A stretch of DNA of 64,000 nucleotides from NCBI GenBank assembly GCA_964016885.1, contig CAXHJY010000096.1, positions 1,488,001-1,552,000 on the forward strand. Direction: 5' to 3'. The notes beneath the pieces were generated by a model. The model saw only the letters and a list, made by a program, of their open reading frames with translations, searched no databases and was not told the origin of the DNA. Both the position numbers and the translations under genes were made by a program. The DNA is from Eledone cirrhosa (taxonomy: Eukaryota). This document shows, piece after piece, positions 1 to 12,940 of the stretch. The number at the start of each line of letters is the position of its first letter. Position 1 is the first letter of the stretch.

Positions 1-502
1 TCAAGGGGAGATAATTTCCAGCCGTCCAAGGGAAGATAATTTCCAGCCCTCCAAGGGGCTATAATTTCCAGCGTCCAAGGGGAGATAATTTCCAGCCAGC
101 GAAGGGGAGATAATTTTTTAAAAAAAATCATTGGGAGATTTGTAAAAAAAATCAGGGGGAGATAATTTGTAAAAAAAATCAAGGGGAGATAATTTCCAGC
201 CGTCCAAGGGGAGGTAATATCTAGCCGTCCAAGGGTAGATAATTTCCAGCCGTCCAACGGGAGATAATTTCCAGCCGTCCAAGGGTAGATAATATCCAGC
301 CGCCCAAGGACATATTTTCCAGCCGTCCAAGGAGAGGTAATTTCTAGCCGTCCAAGGGGAGATAATTTCCAGCCGTCCAAGGGTAGATAATATCCAGCCG
401 TCCAAGGACATATTTTCCAGCCGTCCAAGGAGAGGTAATTTCTAGCCGTCCAAGGGGAGATAAATTCCAGCCTCCAAGGGGAGATAATTTCCAGCCAGCC
501 AA

Positions 503-749
503 GGGGAGATAATTTGTAAAAAAATCAGGGGGAGATAATTTGTAAAAAAAATCAGGGGGAGATAATTTGTAAAAAAAAATCAGGGGGAGATAATTTGTAA
601 AAAAAAATCAGGGGGAGATAATTTGCAAAAAAAATCAGGGGGAGATAATTTGTAAAAAAAAATCAGGGGTAGATAATTTGTAAAAAAAAATCAGGGGGAG
701 ATAATTTGTAAAAAAAAATCAGGGGGAGATAATTTGTAAAAAAAATCAA
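503..749 (+). repeat. Representative type-B run (9 monomers, GGGGGAGATAATTTGT-A7..9-TCA)
   Basis: Read directly. It contains the fixed variants TTTGCAAAA and GGGGTAG, which recur in the same order at about 3237, 9437, 21199, 25811, 29629 and 40605. Confidence 0.97.
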
Positions 750-1019
750 GGGGAGATAATTTCCAGCCGTCCAAGGAGAGATAATTTTAAAAAAAATCAG
801 GCGGAGATAATTTGTAAAAAAAAATCAGGGGGAGATAATTTGTAAAAAAAAATCAGGGGGAGATAATTTGTAAAAAAAAATCAGGGGGAGATAATTTGTA
901 AAAAAAATCAGGAGGAGATAATTTGTAAAAAAAATCAAGGGGAGATAATTTCCAGCCGTCCAAGGAGAGATAATTTAAAAAAAAATCAGGCGGAGATAAT
1001 TTGTAAAAAAAAATCAGGG

Positions 1020-4000
1020 GGAGATAATTTGTAAAAAAAAATCAGGGGGAGATAATTTGTAAAAAAAATCAAGGGGAGATAATTTCCAGCCGTCCAAGGG
1101 GAGATAATTTTCAGCCGTCCAAGGGGAGATAATTTCCCGCCAGCCATGGGAAGATAATATTTAAAAAAATCAGGCGGAGATAATTTGTAAAAAAAATCAG
1201 GGGGAGATAATTTGTAAAAAAATCAGGGGGAGATAATTTGTAAAAAAAAAATCAGGGGGAGATAATTTGTAAAAAAAATCAGGGGAAGATAATTTGTAAA
1301 AAAAAATCAGGGGTAGATAATTTGTAAAAAAAAATCAGGGGGAGATAATTTGTAAAAAAAAATCAGGGGGAGATAATTTGTAAAAAAATGAAAGGGGAGA
1401 TAATATCCAGCCGTCCAAGGGGAGATAATTTCCAGCCGTCCAAGGGGATATAATTTCCAGCCGTCCAAGGGGAGATAATTTCCATCCTTCCAAGGGGATA
1501 TAATTTCCAGCCGTCCAAGGGGAGATAATTTCCCGCCAGCCAAGGGAAGATAATTTTTAAAAAAATCAGGCGGAGATTGTAAAAAAAATCAGGGGGGAGA
1601 TAATTTGTAAAAAAATCAGGAGGAGATAATTTGTAAAAAATAATCAGGGGGAGATAATTTGTAAAAAAATTCAAGGGGAGATAATTTCCAGCCGTCCAAG
1701 GGGAGATAATTTCCCGCCAGCCAAGGGAAGATAATATTTAAAAAAATTAGGCGGAGATAATTTGTAAAAAAAATCAGGGGGAGATAATTTGTAAAAAAAT
1801 CAGGGGGAGATAATTTGTAAAAAAAATCAGGGGGAGATAATTTGTAAAAAAAATCATGGGGAGATAATTTGTAAAAAAAAATCAGGGGTAGATAATTTGT
1901 AAAAAAAAATCAGGGGGAGATAATTTGTAAAAAAAAATCAGGGGGAGATAATTTGTAAAAAAAATCAAGGGGAGATAATATCCAGCCGTCCAAGGAGAGA
2001 TAATTTAAAAAAAAAATGAGGCGGAGATAATTTGTAAAAAAAAAATCAGGGGGAGTTAATTTGTAAAAAAAAATGAGGGGGAGATAATTTGTAAAAGAAA
2101 TCAAGGGGAGATAATTTCCAGCCGTCCAAGGGGAGATAATTTTCAGCCGTCCAAGGAGAGGTAATTTCTAGCCGTCCAAGGGGAGATAATTTCCAGCCGT
2201 CCAAGGGGAGGTAATTTCCAGCCGTCCAAGGGGAGATAAATTAAAAAAAAAATCAGGGGGAGATAATTTGTAAAAAAATCAGGGGGAGATAATTTGTAAA
2301 AAAAATCAGGGGGAGATAATTTGTAAACAAAATCAGGGGGAGATAATTTGTAAAAAAAAATCAGGGGGAGATAATTTGTAAAAAAAATTAGGCGTAGATA
2401 ATTTGTAAAAAAAAATCAGGGGGAGATAATTTGTAAAAAAAAATCAGGGGGAGATAATTTGTTTAAAAAATCAAGGGGAGATAATTTGCAGCCGTCCAAG
2501 GGGAGATAATTTTCAGCCGTCCAAGGAGAGGTAATTTCTAGCCGTTCAAGGGGAGATAATTTCCAGCCGTCCAAGGGGAGATAATTTCCAGCCGTCCAAG
2601 GGGAGATAATTTTTTTTTAAAAATCAGGCGGAGATAATTTGTAAAAAAAAATCAGGGGGAGATAATTCGTAAAAAAAAATCAGGGGGAGATAATTTGTAA
2701 AAAAAAATCAGGGGGAGATAATTTGTAAAAAAAATCAAGGGGAGATAATTTCCAGCCGTCCAAGGGAAGATAATTTCCAGCCCTCCAAGGGGCTATAATT
2801 TCCAGCGTCCAAGGGGAGATAATTTCCAGCCAGCGAAGGGGAGATAATTTTTTAAAAAAAATCATTGGGAGATTTGTAAAAAAAATCAGGGGGAGATAAT
2901 TTGTAAAAAAAATCAAGGGGAGATAATTTCCAGCCGTCCAAGGGGAGGTAATATCTAGCCGTCCAAGGGTAGATAATTTCCAGCCGTCCAACGGGAGATA
3001 ATTTCCAGCCGTCCAAGGGTAGATAATATCCAGCCGCCCAAGGACATATTTTCCAGCCGTCCAAGGAGAGGTAATTTCTAGCCGTCCAAGGGGAGATAAT
3101 TTCCAGCCGTCCAAGGGTAGATAATATCCAGCCGTCCAAGGACATATTTTCCAGCCGTCCAAGGAGAGGTAATTTCTAGCCGTCCAAGGGGAGATAAATT
3201 CCAGCCTCCAAGGGGAGATAATTTCCAGCCAGCCAAGGGGAGATAATTTGTAAAAAAATCAGGGGGAGATAATTTGTAAAAAAAATCAGGGGGAGATAAT
3301 TTGTAAAAAAAAATCAGGGGGAGATAATTTGTAAAAAAAAATCAGGGGGAGATAATTTGCAAAAAAAATCAGGGGGAGATAATTTGTAAAAAAAAATCAG
3401 GGGTAGATAATTTGTAAAAAAAAATCAGGGGGAGATAATTTGTAAAAAAAAATCAGGGGGAGATAATTTGTAAAAAAAATGAAGGGGAGATAATTTCCAG
3501 CCGTCCAAGGAGAGATAATTTAAAAAAAAATCAGGCGGAGATAATTTGTAAAAAAAAATCAGGGGGAGATAATTTGTAAAAAAAAATCAGGGGGAGATAA
3601 TTTGTAAAAAAAAATCAGGGGGAGATAATTTGTAAAAAAAATCAGGAGGAGATAATTTGTAAAAAAAATCAAGGGGAGATAATTTCCAGCCGTCCAAGGA
3701 GAGATAATTTTAAAAAAAATCAGGCGGAGATAATTTGTAAAAAAAAATCAGGGGGAGATAATTTGTAAAAAAAAATCAGGGGGAGATAATTTGTAAAAAA
3801 AATCAAGGGGAGATAATTTCCAGCCGTCCAAGGGGAGATAATTTTCAGCCGTCCAAGGGGAGATAATTTCCCGCCAGCCAAGGGAAGATAATATTCAAAA
3901 AAATCAGGCGGAGATAATTTGTAAAAAAAATCAGGGGGAGATAATTTGTAAAAAAATCAGGGGGAGATAATTTGTAAAAAAAAAAATCAGGGGGAGATAA

Positions 4001-7000
4001 TTTTTAAAAAAAATCAGGGGGAGATAATTTGTAAAAAAAAATCAGGGGTAGATAATTTGTAAAAAAAAATCAGGGGGAGATAATTTGTAAAAAAAAATCA
4101 GGGGGAGATAATTTGTAAAAAAAATGAAAGGGGAGATAATATCCAGCCGTCCAAGGGGAGATAATTTCCAGCCGTCCAAGGGGAGATAATTTCCAGCCGT
4201 CCAAGGGGAGATAATTTCCATCCTTCCAAGGGGATATAATTTCCAGCCGTCCAAGGGGAGATAATTTCCATCCTTCCAAGGGGATATAATTTCCAGCCGT
4301 CCAAGGGGAGATAATTTTCAGCCGTCCAAGGAGAGGTAATTTCTAGCCGTCCAAGGAGAGATAATTTCCAGCCGTCCAAGGGGAGATAATTTCCAGCCGT
4401 CCAAGGGGAGATAATTTCCAGCCGTCCAAGGAGACATATTTTCCAGCCGTCCAAGGAGAGGTAATTCCTAGCCGTCCAAGGGGAGATAAATTCCAGCCTC
4501 CAAGGGGAGATAATTTCCAGCCAGCCAAGGGGAGATAATTTGTAAAAAAAATCAGGGGGAGATAATTTGTAAAAAAAATCAGGGGGAGATAATTTGTAAA
4601 AAAAAATCAGGGGGAGATAATTTGTAAAAAATAATCAGGGGGAGATAATTTGTAAAAAAAATCAAGGGGAGATAATTTCCAGCCGTCCAAGGGGAGATAA
4701 TTTTCAGCCGTCCAAGGGGAGATAATTTCCCGCCAGCCAAGGGAAGATAATATTTAAAAAAATTAGGCGGAGATAATTTGTAAAAAAAATCAGGGGGAGA
4801 TAATTTGTAAAAAAATCAGGGGGAGATAATTTGTAAAAAAAATCAGGGGGAGATAATTTGTAAAAAAAATCAGGGGGAGATAATTTGTAAAAAAAAATCA
4901 GGGGGAGATAATTTGTAAAAAAAATCAAGGGGAGATAATTTCCAGCCGTCCAAGGGAAGATAATTTCCAGCCCTCCAAGGGGCTATAATTTCCAGCGTCC
5001 AAGGGGAGATAATTTCCAGCCAGCGAAGGGGAGATAATTTTTTTTAAAAAATCATTGGGAGATTTGTAAAAAAAATCAGGGGGAGATAATTTGTAAAAAA
5101 AATCAAGGGGAGATAATTTCCAGCCGTCCAAGGGGAGGTAATATCTAGCCGTCCAAGGGGAGATAATTTCCAGCCGTCCAAGGGGAGATAATTTCCAGCC
5201 GTCCAAGGGTAGATAATATCCAGCCGTCCAAGGACATATTTTCCAGCCGTCCAAGGAGAGGTAATTTCTAGCCGTCCAAGGGGAGATAAATTCCAGCCTC
5301 CAAGGTGAGATAATTTCCAGCCAGCCAAGGGGAGATAATTTGTAAAAAAATCAGGGGGAGATAATTTGTAAAAAAAATCAGGGGGAGATAATTTGTAAAA
5401 AAAAATCAGGGGGAGATAATTTGTAAAAAAAATCAGGGGGAGATAATTTGTAAAAAAAAATCAGGGGGAGATAATTTGTAAAAAAAATCAAGGGGAGATA
5501 ATTTCCAGCCGTCCAAGGGGAGATAATTTCCCGCCAGCCAAGGGAAGATAATATTTAAAAAAATCAGGCGGAGATAATTTGTAAAAAAAATCAGGGGGAG
5601 ATAATTTGTAAAAAAATCAGGGGGAGATAATTTGTAAAAAAAAAATCAGGGGGAGATAATTTGTAAAAAAAATCAGGGGGAGATAATTTGTAAAAAAAAA
5701 TCAGGGGTAGATAAATTGTAAAAAAAAATCAGGGGGAGATAATTTGTAAAAAAAATCAGGGGGAGATAATTTGTAAAGAAAATGAAAGGGGAGATAATAT
5801 CCAGCCGTCCAAGGGGAGATAATTTCCAGCCGTCCAAGGGGAGATAATTTCCATCCTTCCAAGGGGATATAATTTCCAGCCGTCCAAGGGGAGATAATTT
5901 CCCGCCAGCCAAGGGAAGATAATTTTTAAAAAAATCAGGCGGAGATTGTAAAAAAAATCAGGGGGGAGATAATTTGTAAAAAAATCAGGGGGAGATAATT
6001 TGTAAAAAAAAATCAGGGGGAGATAATTTGTAAAAAATAATCAGGGGGAGATAATTTGTAAAAAAAAATCAAGGGGAGATAATTTCCAGCCGTCCAAGGG
6101 GAGATAATTTCCCGCCAGCCAAGGGAAGATAATATTTAAAAAAATTAGGCGGAGATAATTTGTAAAAAAAATCAGGGGGAGATAATTTGTAAAAAAATCA
6201 GGGGGAGATAATTTGTAAAAAAAATCAGGGGGAGATAATTTGTAAAAAAAATCATGGGGAGATAATTTGTAAAAAAAAATCAGGGGTAGATAATTTGTAA
6301 AAAAAAATCAGGGGGAGATAATTTGTAAAAAAAAATCAGGGGGAGATAATTTGTAAAAAAAATCAAGGGGAGATAATTTCCAGCCGTCCAAGGGGAGATA
6401 ATTTTCAGCTGTCCAAGGAGAGGTAATTTCTAGCCGTCCAAGGGGAGATAATTTCCAGCCGTCCAAGGGGAGGTAATTTCCAGCCGTCCAAGGGGAGATA
6501 ATTTAAAAAAAAAAATCAGGCGGAGATAATTTGTAAAAAAAATCAAGGGGAGATAATTTGCAGCCGTCCAAGGGGAGATAATTTTCAGTCGTCCAAGGAG
6601 AGGTAATTTCTAGCCGTCCAAGGGGAGATAATTGCCAGCCGTCCAAGGGGAGATAATTTCCAGCCGTCCAAGGGGAGATAATTTTTTTTAAAAAATCAGG
6701 CGGAGATAATTTGTAAAAAAAATCAGGGGGAGATAATTTGTAAACAAAATCAGGGGGAGATAATTTGTAAAAAAAAATCAGGGGGAGATAATTTGTAAAA
6801 AAAATCATGGAGAGATAATTTCCAGCCGTCCAAGGTGAGATAATTTCCAGCCGTCCAAGGAGACATATTTTCCAGCCGTCCAAGGCGAGGTAATTTCTAG
6901 CCGTCCAAGGGGAGATAAATTCCAGCCTCCAAGGGGAGATAATTTCCAGCCAGCCAAGTGGAGATAATTTGTAAAAAAATCAGGGGGAGATAATTTGTAA

Positions 7001-10000
7001 AAAATATCAGGGAGATAATTTGTAAAAAAAAATCAGGGGGAGATAATTTGTAAAAAAAATCAGGGGGAGATAATTTGTAAAAAAAAATCAGGGGGAGATA
7101 ATTTGTAAAAAAAATCAAGGGGAGATAATTTCCAGCCGTCCAAGGGGAGATAATTTTCAGCCGTCCAAGGGGAGATAATTTCCCGCCAGCCATGGGAAGA
7201 TAATATTTAAAAAAATCAGGCGGAGATAATTTGTAAAAAAAATCAGGGGGAGATAATTTGTAAAAAAATCAGGGGGAGATAATTTGTAAAAAAAAAATCA
7301 GGGGGAGATAATTTGTAAAAAAAATCAGGGGAAGATAATTTGTAAAAAAAAATCAGGGGTAGATAATTTGTAAAAAAAAATCAGGGGGAGATAATTTGTA
7401 AAAAAAAATCAGGGGGAGATAATTTGTAAAAAAATGAAAGGGGAGATAATATCCAGCCGTCCAAGGGGAGATAATTTCCAGCCGTCCAAGGGGATATAAT
7501 TTCCAGCCGTCCAAGGGGAGATAATTTCCATCCTTCCAAGGGGATATAATTTCCAGCCGTCCAAGGGGAGATAATTTCCCGCCAGCCAAGGGAAGATAAT
7601 TTTTAAAAAAATCAGGCGGAGATTGTAAAAAAAATCAGGGGGGAGATAATTTGTAAAAAAATCAGGAGGAGATAATTTGTAAAAAATAATCAGGGGGAGA
7701 TAATTTGTAAAAAAATTCGAGGGGAGATAATTTCCAGCCGTCCAAGGGGAGATAATTTCCCGCCAGCCAAGGGAAGATAATATTTAAAAAAATTAGGCGG
7801 AGATAATTTGTAAAAAAAATCAGGGGGAGATAATTTGTAAAAAAATCAGGGGGAGATAATTTGTAAAAAAAATCAGGGGGAGATAATTTGTAAAAAAAAT
7901 CATGGGGAGATAATTTGTAAAAAAAAATCAGGGGTAGATAATTTGTAAAAAAAAATCAGGGGGAGATAATTTGTAAAAAAAAATCAGGGGGAGATAATTT
8001 GTAAAAAAAATCAAGGGGAGATAATATCCAGCCGTCCAAGGAGAGATAATTTTAAAAAAAAATGAGGCGGAGATAATTTGTAAAAAAAAAATCAGGGGGA
8101 GTTAATTTGTAAAAAAAAATGAGGGGGAGATAATTTGTAAAAGAAATCAAGGGGAGATAATTTCCAGCCGTCCAAGGGGAGATAATTTTCAGCCGTCCAA
8201 GGAGAGGTAATTTCTAGCCGTCCAAGGGGAGATAATTTCCAGCCGTCCAAGGGGAGGTAATTTCCAGCCGTCCAAGGGGAGATAAATTAAAAAAAAAATC
8301 AGGCGGAGATAATTTGTAAAAAAAATCAAGGGGAGATAATTTGCAGCCGTCCAATGGGAGATAATTTTCAGTCGTCCAAGGAGAGGTAATTTCTAGCCGT
8401 CAAAGGGGAGATAATTTCCAGCCGTCCAAGGGGAGATAATTTCCAGCCGTCCAAGGGGAGATAATTTTTTTTTAAAAATCAGGCGGAGATAATTTGTAAA
8501 AAAAATCAGGGGGAGATAATTTGTAAACAAAATCAGGGGGAGATAATTTGTAAAAAAAAATCAGGGGGAGATAATTTGTAAAAAAAATTAGGCGTAGATA
8601 ATTTGTAAAAAAAAATCAGGGGGAGATAATTTGTAAAAAAAAATCAGGGGGAGATAATTTGTTTAAAAAATCAAGGGGAGATAATTTGCAGCCGTCCAAG
8701 GGGAGATAATTTTCAGCCGTCCAAGGAGAGGTAATTTCTAGCCGTTCAAGGGGAGATAATTTCCAGCCGTCCAAGGGGAGATAATTTCCAGCCGTCCAAG
8801 GGGAGATAATTTTTTTTTAAAAATCAGGCGGAGATAATTTGTAACAAAAAATCAGGGGGAGATAATTCGTAAAAAAAAATCAGGGGGAGATAATTTGTAA
8901 AAAAAAATCAGGGGGAGATAATTTGTAAAAAAAATCAAGGGGAGATAATTTCCAGCCGTCCAAGGGAAGATAATTTCCAGCCCTCCAAGGGGCTATAATT
9001 TCCAGCGTCCAAGGGGAGATAATTTCCAGCCAGCGAAGGGGAGATAATTTTTTAAAAAAAATCATTGGGAGATTTGTAAAAAAAATCAGGGGGAGATAAT
9101 TTGTAAAAAAAATCAAGGGGAGATAATTTCCAGCCGTCCAAGGGGAGGTAATATCTAGCCGTCCAAGGGTAGATAATTTCCAGCCGTCCAACGGGAGATA
9201 ATTTCCAGCCGTCCAAGGGTAGATAATATCCAGCCGCCCAAGGACATATTTTCCAGCCGTCCAAGGAGAGGTAATTTCTAGCCGTCCAAGGGGAGATAAT
9301 TTCCAGCCGTCCAAGGGTAGATAATATCCAGCCGTCCAAGGACATATTTTCCAGCCGTCCAAGGAGAGGTAATTTCTAGCCGTCCAAGGGGAGATAAATT
9401 CCAGCCTCCAAGGGGAGATAATTTCCAGCCAGCCAAGGGGAGATAATTTGTAAAAAAATCAGGGGGAGATAATTTGTAAAAAAAATCAGGGGGAGATAAT
9501 TTGTAAAAAAAAATCAGGGGGAGATAATTTGTAAAAAAAAATCAGGGGGAGATAATTTGCAAAAAAAATCAGGGGGAGATAATTTGTAAAAAAAAATCAG
9601 GGGTAGATAATTTGTAAAAAAAAATCAGGGGGAGATAATTTGTAAAAAAAAATCAGGGGGAGATAATTTGTAAAAAAAATCAAGGGGAGATAATTTCCAG
9701 CCGTCCAAGGAGAGATAATTTAAAAAAAAATCAGGCGGAGATAATTTGTAAAAAAAAATCAGGGGGAGATAATTTGTAAAAAAAAATCAGGGGGAGATAA
9801 TTTGTAAAAAAAAATCAGGGGGAGATAATTTGTAAAAAAAATCAGGAGGAGATAATTTGTAAAAAAAATCAAGGGGAGATAATTTCCAGCCGTCCAAGGA
9901 GAGATAATTTTAAAAAAAATCAGGCGGAGATAATTTGTAAAAAAAAATCAGGGGGAGATAATTTGTAAAAAAAAATCAGGGGGAGATAATTTGTAAAAAA

Positions 10001-12940
10001 AATCAAGGGGAGATAATTTCCAGCCGTCCAAGGGGAGATAATTTTCAGCCGTCCAAGGGGAGATAATTTCCCGCCAGCCAAGGGAAGATAATATTCAAAA
10101 AAATCAGGCGGAGATAATTTGTAAAAAAAATCAGGGGGAGATAATTTGTAAAAAAATCAGGGGGAGATAATTTGTAAAAAAAAAAATCAGGGGGAGATAA
10201 TTTTTAAAAAAAATCAGGGGGAGATAATTTGTAAAAAAAAATCAGGGGTAGATAATTTGTAAAAAAAAATCAGGGGGAGATAATTTGTAAAAAAAAATCA
10301 GGGGGAGATAATTTGTAAAAAAAATGAAAGGGGAGATAATATCCAGCCGTCCAAGGGGAGATAATTTCCAGCCGTCCAAGGGGAGATAATTTCCAGCCGT
10401 CCAAGGGGAGATAATTTCCATCCTTCCAAGGGGATATAATTTCCAGCCGTCCAAGGGGAGATAATTTCCATCCTTCCAAGGGGATATAATTTCCAGCCGT
10501 CCAAGGGGAGATAATTTTCAGCCGTCCAAGGAGAGGTAATTTCTAGCCGTCCAAGGAGAGATAATTTCCAGCCGTCCAAGGGGAGATAATTTCCAGCCGT
10601 CCAAGGGGAGATAATTTCCAGCCGTCCAAGGAGACATATTTTCCAGCCGTCCAAGGAGAGGTAATTCCTAGCCGTCCAAGGGGAGATAAATTCCAGCCTC
10701 CAAGGGGAGATAATTTCCAGCCAGCCAAGGGGAGATAATTTGTAAAAAAAATCAGGGGGAGATAATTTGTAAAAAAAATCAGGGGGAGATAATTTGTAAA
10801 AAAAAATCAGGGGGAGATAATTTGTAAAAAATAATCAGGGGGAGATAATTTGTAAAAAAAATCAAGGGGAGATAATTTCCAGCCGTCCAAGGGGAGATAA
10901 TTTTCAGCCGTCCAAGGGGAGATAATTTCCCGCCAGCCAAGGGAAGATAATATTTAAAAAAATTAGGCGGAGATAATTTGTAAAAAAAATCAGGGGGAGA
11001 TAATTTGTAAAAAAATCAGGGGGAGATAATTTGTAAAAAAAATCAGGGGGAGATAATTTGTAAAAAAAATCAGGGGGAGATAATTTGTAAAAAAAAATCA
11101 GGGGGAGATAATTTGTAAAAAAAATCAAGGGGAGATAATTTCCAGCCGTCCAAGGGAAGATAATTTCCAGCCCTCCAAGGGGCTATAATTTCCAGCGTCC
11201 AAGGGGAGATAATTTCCAGCCAGCGAAGGGGAGATAATTTTTTTTAAAAAATCATTGGGAGATTTGTAAAAAAAATCAGGGGGAGATAATTTGTAAAAAA
11301 AATCAAGGGGAGATAATTTCCAGCCGTCCAAGGGGAGGTAATATCTAGCCGTCCAAGGGGAGATAATTTCCAGCCGTCCAAGGGGAGATAATTTCCAGCC
11401 GTCCAAGGGTAGATAATATCCAGCCGTCCAAGGACATATTTTCCAGCCGTCCAAGGAGAGGTAATTTCTAGCCGTCCAAGGGGAGATAAATTCCAGCCTC
11501 CAAGGTGAGATAATTTCCAGCCAGCCAAGGGGAGATAATTTGTAAAAAAATCAGGGGGAGATAATTTGTAAAAAAAATCAGGGGGAGATAATTTGTAAAA
11601 AAAAATCAGGGGGAGATAATTTGTAAAAAAAATCAGGGGGAGATAATTTGTAAAAAAAAATCAGGGGGAGATAATTTGTAAAAAAAATCAAGGGGAGATA
11701 ATTTCCAGCCGTCCAAGGGGAGATAATTTCCCGCCAGCCAAGGGAAGATAATATTTAAAAAAATCAGGCGGAGATAATTTGTAAAAAAAATCAGGGGGAG
11801 ATAATTTGTAAAAAAATCAGGGGGAGATAATTTGTAAAAAAAAAATCAGGGGGAGATAATTTGTAAAAAAAATCAGGGGGAGATAATTTGTAAAAAAAAA
11901 TCAGGGGTAGATAAATTGTAAAAAAAAATCAGGGGGAGATAATTTGTAAAAAAAATCAGGGGGAGATAATTTGTAAAAAAAATGAAAGGGGAGATAATAT
12001 CCAGCCGTCCAAGGGGAGATAATTTCCAGCCGTCCAAGGGGAGATAATTTCCAGCCGTCCAAGGGGAGATAATTTCCATCCTTCCAAGGGGATATAATTT
12101 CCAGCCGTCCAAGGGGAGATAATTTCCCGCCAGCCAAGGGAAGATAATTTTTAAAAAAATCAGGCGGAGATTGTAAAAAAAATCAGGGGGGAGATAATTT
12201 GTAAAAAAATCAGGGGGAGATAATTTGTAAAAAATAATCAGGGGGAGATAATTTGTAAAAAAAAATCAAGGGGAGATAATTTCCAGCCGTCCAAGGGGAG
12301 ATAATTTCCCGCCAGCCAAGGGAAGATAATATTTAAAAAAATTAGGCGGAGATAATTTGTAAAAAAAATCAGGGGGAGATAATTTGTAAAAAAATCAGGG
12401 GGAGATAATTTGTAAAAAAAATCAGGGGAAGATAATTTGTAAAAAAAATCATGGGGAGATAATTTGTAAAAAAAAATCAGGGGTAGATAATTTGTAAAAA
12501 AAAATCAGGGGGAGATAATTTGTAAAAAAAAATCAGGGGGAGATAATTTGTAAAAAAAATCAAGGGGAGATAATTTCCAGCCGTCCAAGGGGAGATAATT
12601 TTCAGCTGTCCAAGGAGAGGTAATTTCTAGCCGTCCAAGGGGAGATAATTTCCAGCCGTCCAAGGGGAGGTAATTTCCAGCCGTCCAAGGGGAGATAATT
12701 TAAAAAAAAAAATCAGGCGGAGATAATTTGTAAAAAAAATCAAGGGGAGATAATTTGCAGCCGTCCAAGGGGAGATAATTTTCAGTCGTCCAAGGAGAGG
12801 TAATTTCTAGCCGTCCAAGGGGAGATAATTGCCAGCCGTCCAAGGGGAGATAATTTCCAGCCGTCCAAGGGGAGATAATTTTTTTTAAAAAATCAGGCGG
12901 AGATAATTTGTAAAAAAAATCAGGGGGAGATAATTTGTAA
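1020..12940 (+). repeat. Near-tandem duplication of about 6 kb (about 1020-6740 vs about 7070-12940; offset 6046, then 6200, then 6197)
   Basis: CCATGG at 1144/7190 (6046). ORFs 2680/8880, 4042/10242 and 5044/11244 (6200). CAGCTG 6406/12603. Shared TTAGGCGTAG, GCCGTTCAAG and ATAATTCGT variants. The second copy has an extra A-block near 8330-8455. Confidence 0.88.
4130..4528 (+). repeat. Representative long type-A run (16 monomers of about 25 bp, consensus GGGGAGATAATTTCCAGCCGTCCAA)
   Basis: Read directly. It includes fixed variants CCATCCTTCC/GGGGATAT (twice, 50 bp apart), GGAGAGGTAATTTCTAG and GGAGACATATTTT. The same run recurs near 10330, 14844, 18911, 22730, 24716, 26590, 33852 and in the +40102 copy. 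Confidence 0.97.

Noticed and set aside
503-749. Kinetoplast-like intrinsically bent DNA from phased A-tracts
   Set aside because: Tract spacing of 27-28 bp is about 2.6 helical turns, out of phase with 10.5 bp, so successive bends would largely cancel.
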